Positions 7,976-9,337 of a stretch of DNA of 9,337 bases are shown here, one piece after another. This stretch comes from Paramicrosporidium saccamoebae KSL3 (lineage: Eukaryota; Fungi; Cryptomycota). The notes under the pieces were generated by a model, which did no database searches, had not been told where the DNA came from, and was given only the letters and a program-made list of their open reading frames with translations. Both the position numbers and the translations under genes were made by a program. The DNA lies in assembly GCA_002794465.1 (NCBI GenBank), contig MTSL01000209.1, positions 12,019-21,355 on the forward strand, given 5' to 3'. Within the stretch, counting starts at the first letter, position 1, and every line of letters begins with the position of its first letter.

Positions 7976-8118
7976 TAATTTGTATGTATACTCTTTCACA
8001 CGGTAATTAGATGGCGTTAGTGAGACATTTGTACCCATTTACGACACAATCTCATATTAATGCAGTGAATTGTATAATTTGTGACTACGAAAACAGTATA
8101 TAGTATACCGCGCTAATT

Positions 8119-8937
8119 ATGTTTCCCCTTCTTTTGCTCTTGCGCATCTGTCATCTCTGTATCGCTAGTACCGATGCCTCCCTACGTAGAAACTCGTTCA
8201 CTCTCTCACCACATAATACTCAAAGAGCCCAGAGCAATTCTCCGCATTCCCCGCATTCCCCGCATTCGCTACATTTCACACATTCTTCGCATTCCATATA
8301 TTCTCCACACCCCGTGCAAAATCCATCCCATTCCATTTCTCACTCCACCTCTCAATCACGCTCCCGTTCTCGCTCGCCTCGCGTTGGAGTAAAACATTCC
8401 ACTGTCATTAAATCCGTGAGTCGGTTCATAACGCGTCTCAAGAGCCATCATTTTGAGTGGACGGAACATCGAAGACTGCGGGCTCTCACCTGGCGGGGAT
8501 ATATTTGTCGCGAGGAAAGCAGTGAAATGCTTAAAGTCTTTGCCGAAGAATATTTCAAGATCCTGGCGGACCACCTCGCTGTGGCTATTGAGGAAAATTT
8601 GCTGTCACACGAGGATTTCAAATTTCTGATTAGAGAAGGCTTTAGTGACATTTTGTTAAAATCGACATATTGTGGACGGCGGGACACTTTGGATGAGTGG
8701 CCACCACTACTTGATCTCGTGGATCATGCGGCAATGTGGTCGGAAGAGTCATTTCTTCATATCATTTTCCACAAAAAGCAGTGCTTGAACAACAGCAAAG
8801 TGCGTGCATTGCTAGAGAATCCCAAATTCTGGAATGCAGCATTCAAGATAAATGCGAATACAGTGACCAGTTACGCGGGCGAATATTTAGGCGCACAGGC
8901 CATAAAAGATCTCAAAGCCAGATATCTATACGAATGA
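8119..8937 (+). CDS. Hypothetical protein, 272 aa, with a predicted signal peptide, a low-complexity His/Ser and RS region and a probably helical C-terminal domain
   Basis: ATG-to-TGA ORF with a hydrophobic N-terminus (MFPLLLLLRICHLCIA) and codon-phased 9-nt repeats. AATAAA lies at 8964-8969 after the stop. I do not recognise a family. Confidence 0.75.
   Translation: MFPLLLLLRICHLCIASTDASLRRNSFTLSPHNTQRAQSNSPHSPHSPHSLHFTHSSHSIYSPHPVQNPSHSISHSTSQSRSRSRSPRVGVKHSTVIKSVSRFITRLKSHHFEWTEHRRLRALTWRGYICREESSEMLKVFAEEYFKILADHLAVAIEENLLSHEDFKFLIREGFSDILLKSTYCGRRDTLDEWPPLLDLVDHAAMWSEESFLHIIFHKKQCLNNSKVRALLENPKFWNAAFKINANTVTSYAGEYLGAQAIKDLKARYLYE
8242..8313 (+). repeat. In-frame 9-nt tandem repeat (CCGCATTCC and variants) encoding X-His-Ser tripeptides
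   Basis: ccgcattcc ccgcattcc ccgcattcg ctacatttc acacattct tcgcattcc atatattct ccacacccc translates to PHS PHS PHS LHF THS SHS IYS PHP. Confidence 0.9.
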
Positions 8938-9029
8938 AGAATGTGAGCGGGGATTGTGTCTATAATAAACAGTCTTTACTCCTGGTCTGTAAGTTTGAAA
9001 TGTCCTCTCTCGCTCCTCATATTTTTAAT

Positions 9030-9240
9030 AATCCTGTGACGTAGAGGATTGATTAGCTGGGTATTTGAAGATAGTTTCCTAATGTGGAGAAAAGCTAGTT
9101 GTGTGCTAAAGTGGATCGCTTTGCTGAGTATTTTATAATTACTACGTTGTTTGTGAGACAATAAAAGGGTCGTTGGATTGACTGAATAAATTCTCTTCTC
9201 ACCTGGTAAATTCTGTGGTTTTATTCCCACTACGCGGCAA
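9030..9240. repeat. Dispersed or segmental repeat, copy B
   Basis: Homologous blocks to 7750-7975: gtagaggattgattagctgggtatttgaag, ataaaagggt and tgtggtt...ctacgcgg. Confidence 0.8.
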
Positions 9241-9280
9241 TCCTACTCCTTGTACTCTTACTCACCTTTTCATATTCTTA

Positions 9281-9337
9281 CTCACACTCTCATACTCTCA
9301 TACTCTCATACTCTCATACTCTCATACTCTCATACTC
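9281..9337. repeat. 8-bp tandem repeat (CTCATACT)n, truncated by the window end
   Basis: One variant unit (ctcacact) followed by six perfect CTCATACT units (9289-9336). Confidence 0.97.

Noticed and set aside
7013-8118. tRNA, rRNA, CRISPR array or transposase in the long intergenic region
   Set aside because: No cloverleaf, rRNA signature, regular repeat-spacer pattern or transposase-like ORF is visible.
8464-8525. RXLR-like motif (RRLR followed by REESSE) in the orphan protein
   Set aside because: It lies about 115 aa from the start, further than typical oomycete RXLR motifs, and a 4-aa match is easily due to chance.
8976-9230. Minus-strand ORFs 8976-9230 and 7773-7973 as a small gene pair within the repeats
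   Set aside because: The ORFs are in different frames relative to the aligned blocks, the equivalent frame in copy A has a stop at 7804-7806, and substitutions show no third-position bias.
9281-9337. Telomeric repeat
   Set aside because: The C-rich strand runs towards the right end, the wrong polarity for a right-hand telomere, and the unit lacks a G-run typical of most telomeres.

Overview
This is a compact, intron-poor eukaryotic locus in the standard code (TAA, TAG and TGA all end real ORFs). Bases 1-7012 hold a head-to-tail array of four leukotriene A4 hydrolase (LTA4H)/Lap2-type M1 zinc aminopeptidase paralogs on the + strand: a 5'-truncated copy, two complete copies with intact catalytic motifs, and a divergent full-length copy that has lost its zinc and catalytic motifs. 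The GTG/TTG starts in the ORF track look wrong. Copies 2 and 3 have a hidden upstream exon encoding a signal-peptide-like sequence, joined through a short GT-AG intron to the family-type RDPNSVAN N-terminus. Copy 4 begins directly with a signal-like peptide at ATG 5315. The array therefore looks like a secreted, functionally diversifying expansion of a normally cytosolic enzyme. Downstream are an unexplained intergenic region, an orphan signal-peptide protein with X-His-Ser and RS repeats (8119-8937), a diverged repeat flanking it on both sides at about 1280 bp spacing, and an 8-bp minisatellite running off the window end. The organism cannot be identified from the sequence; a reduced fungal or fungus-related parasite is only an inference.
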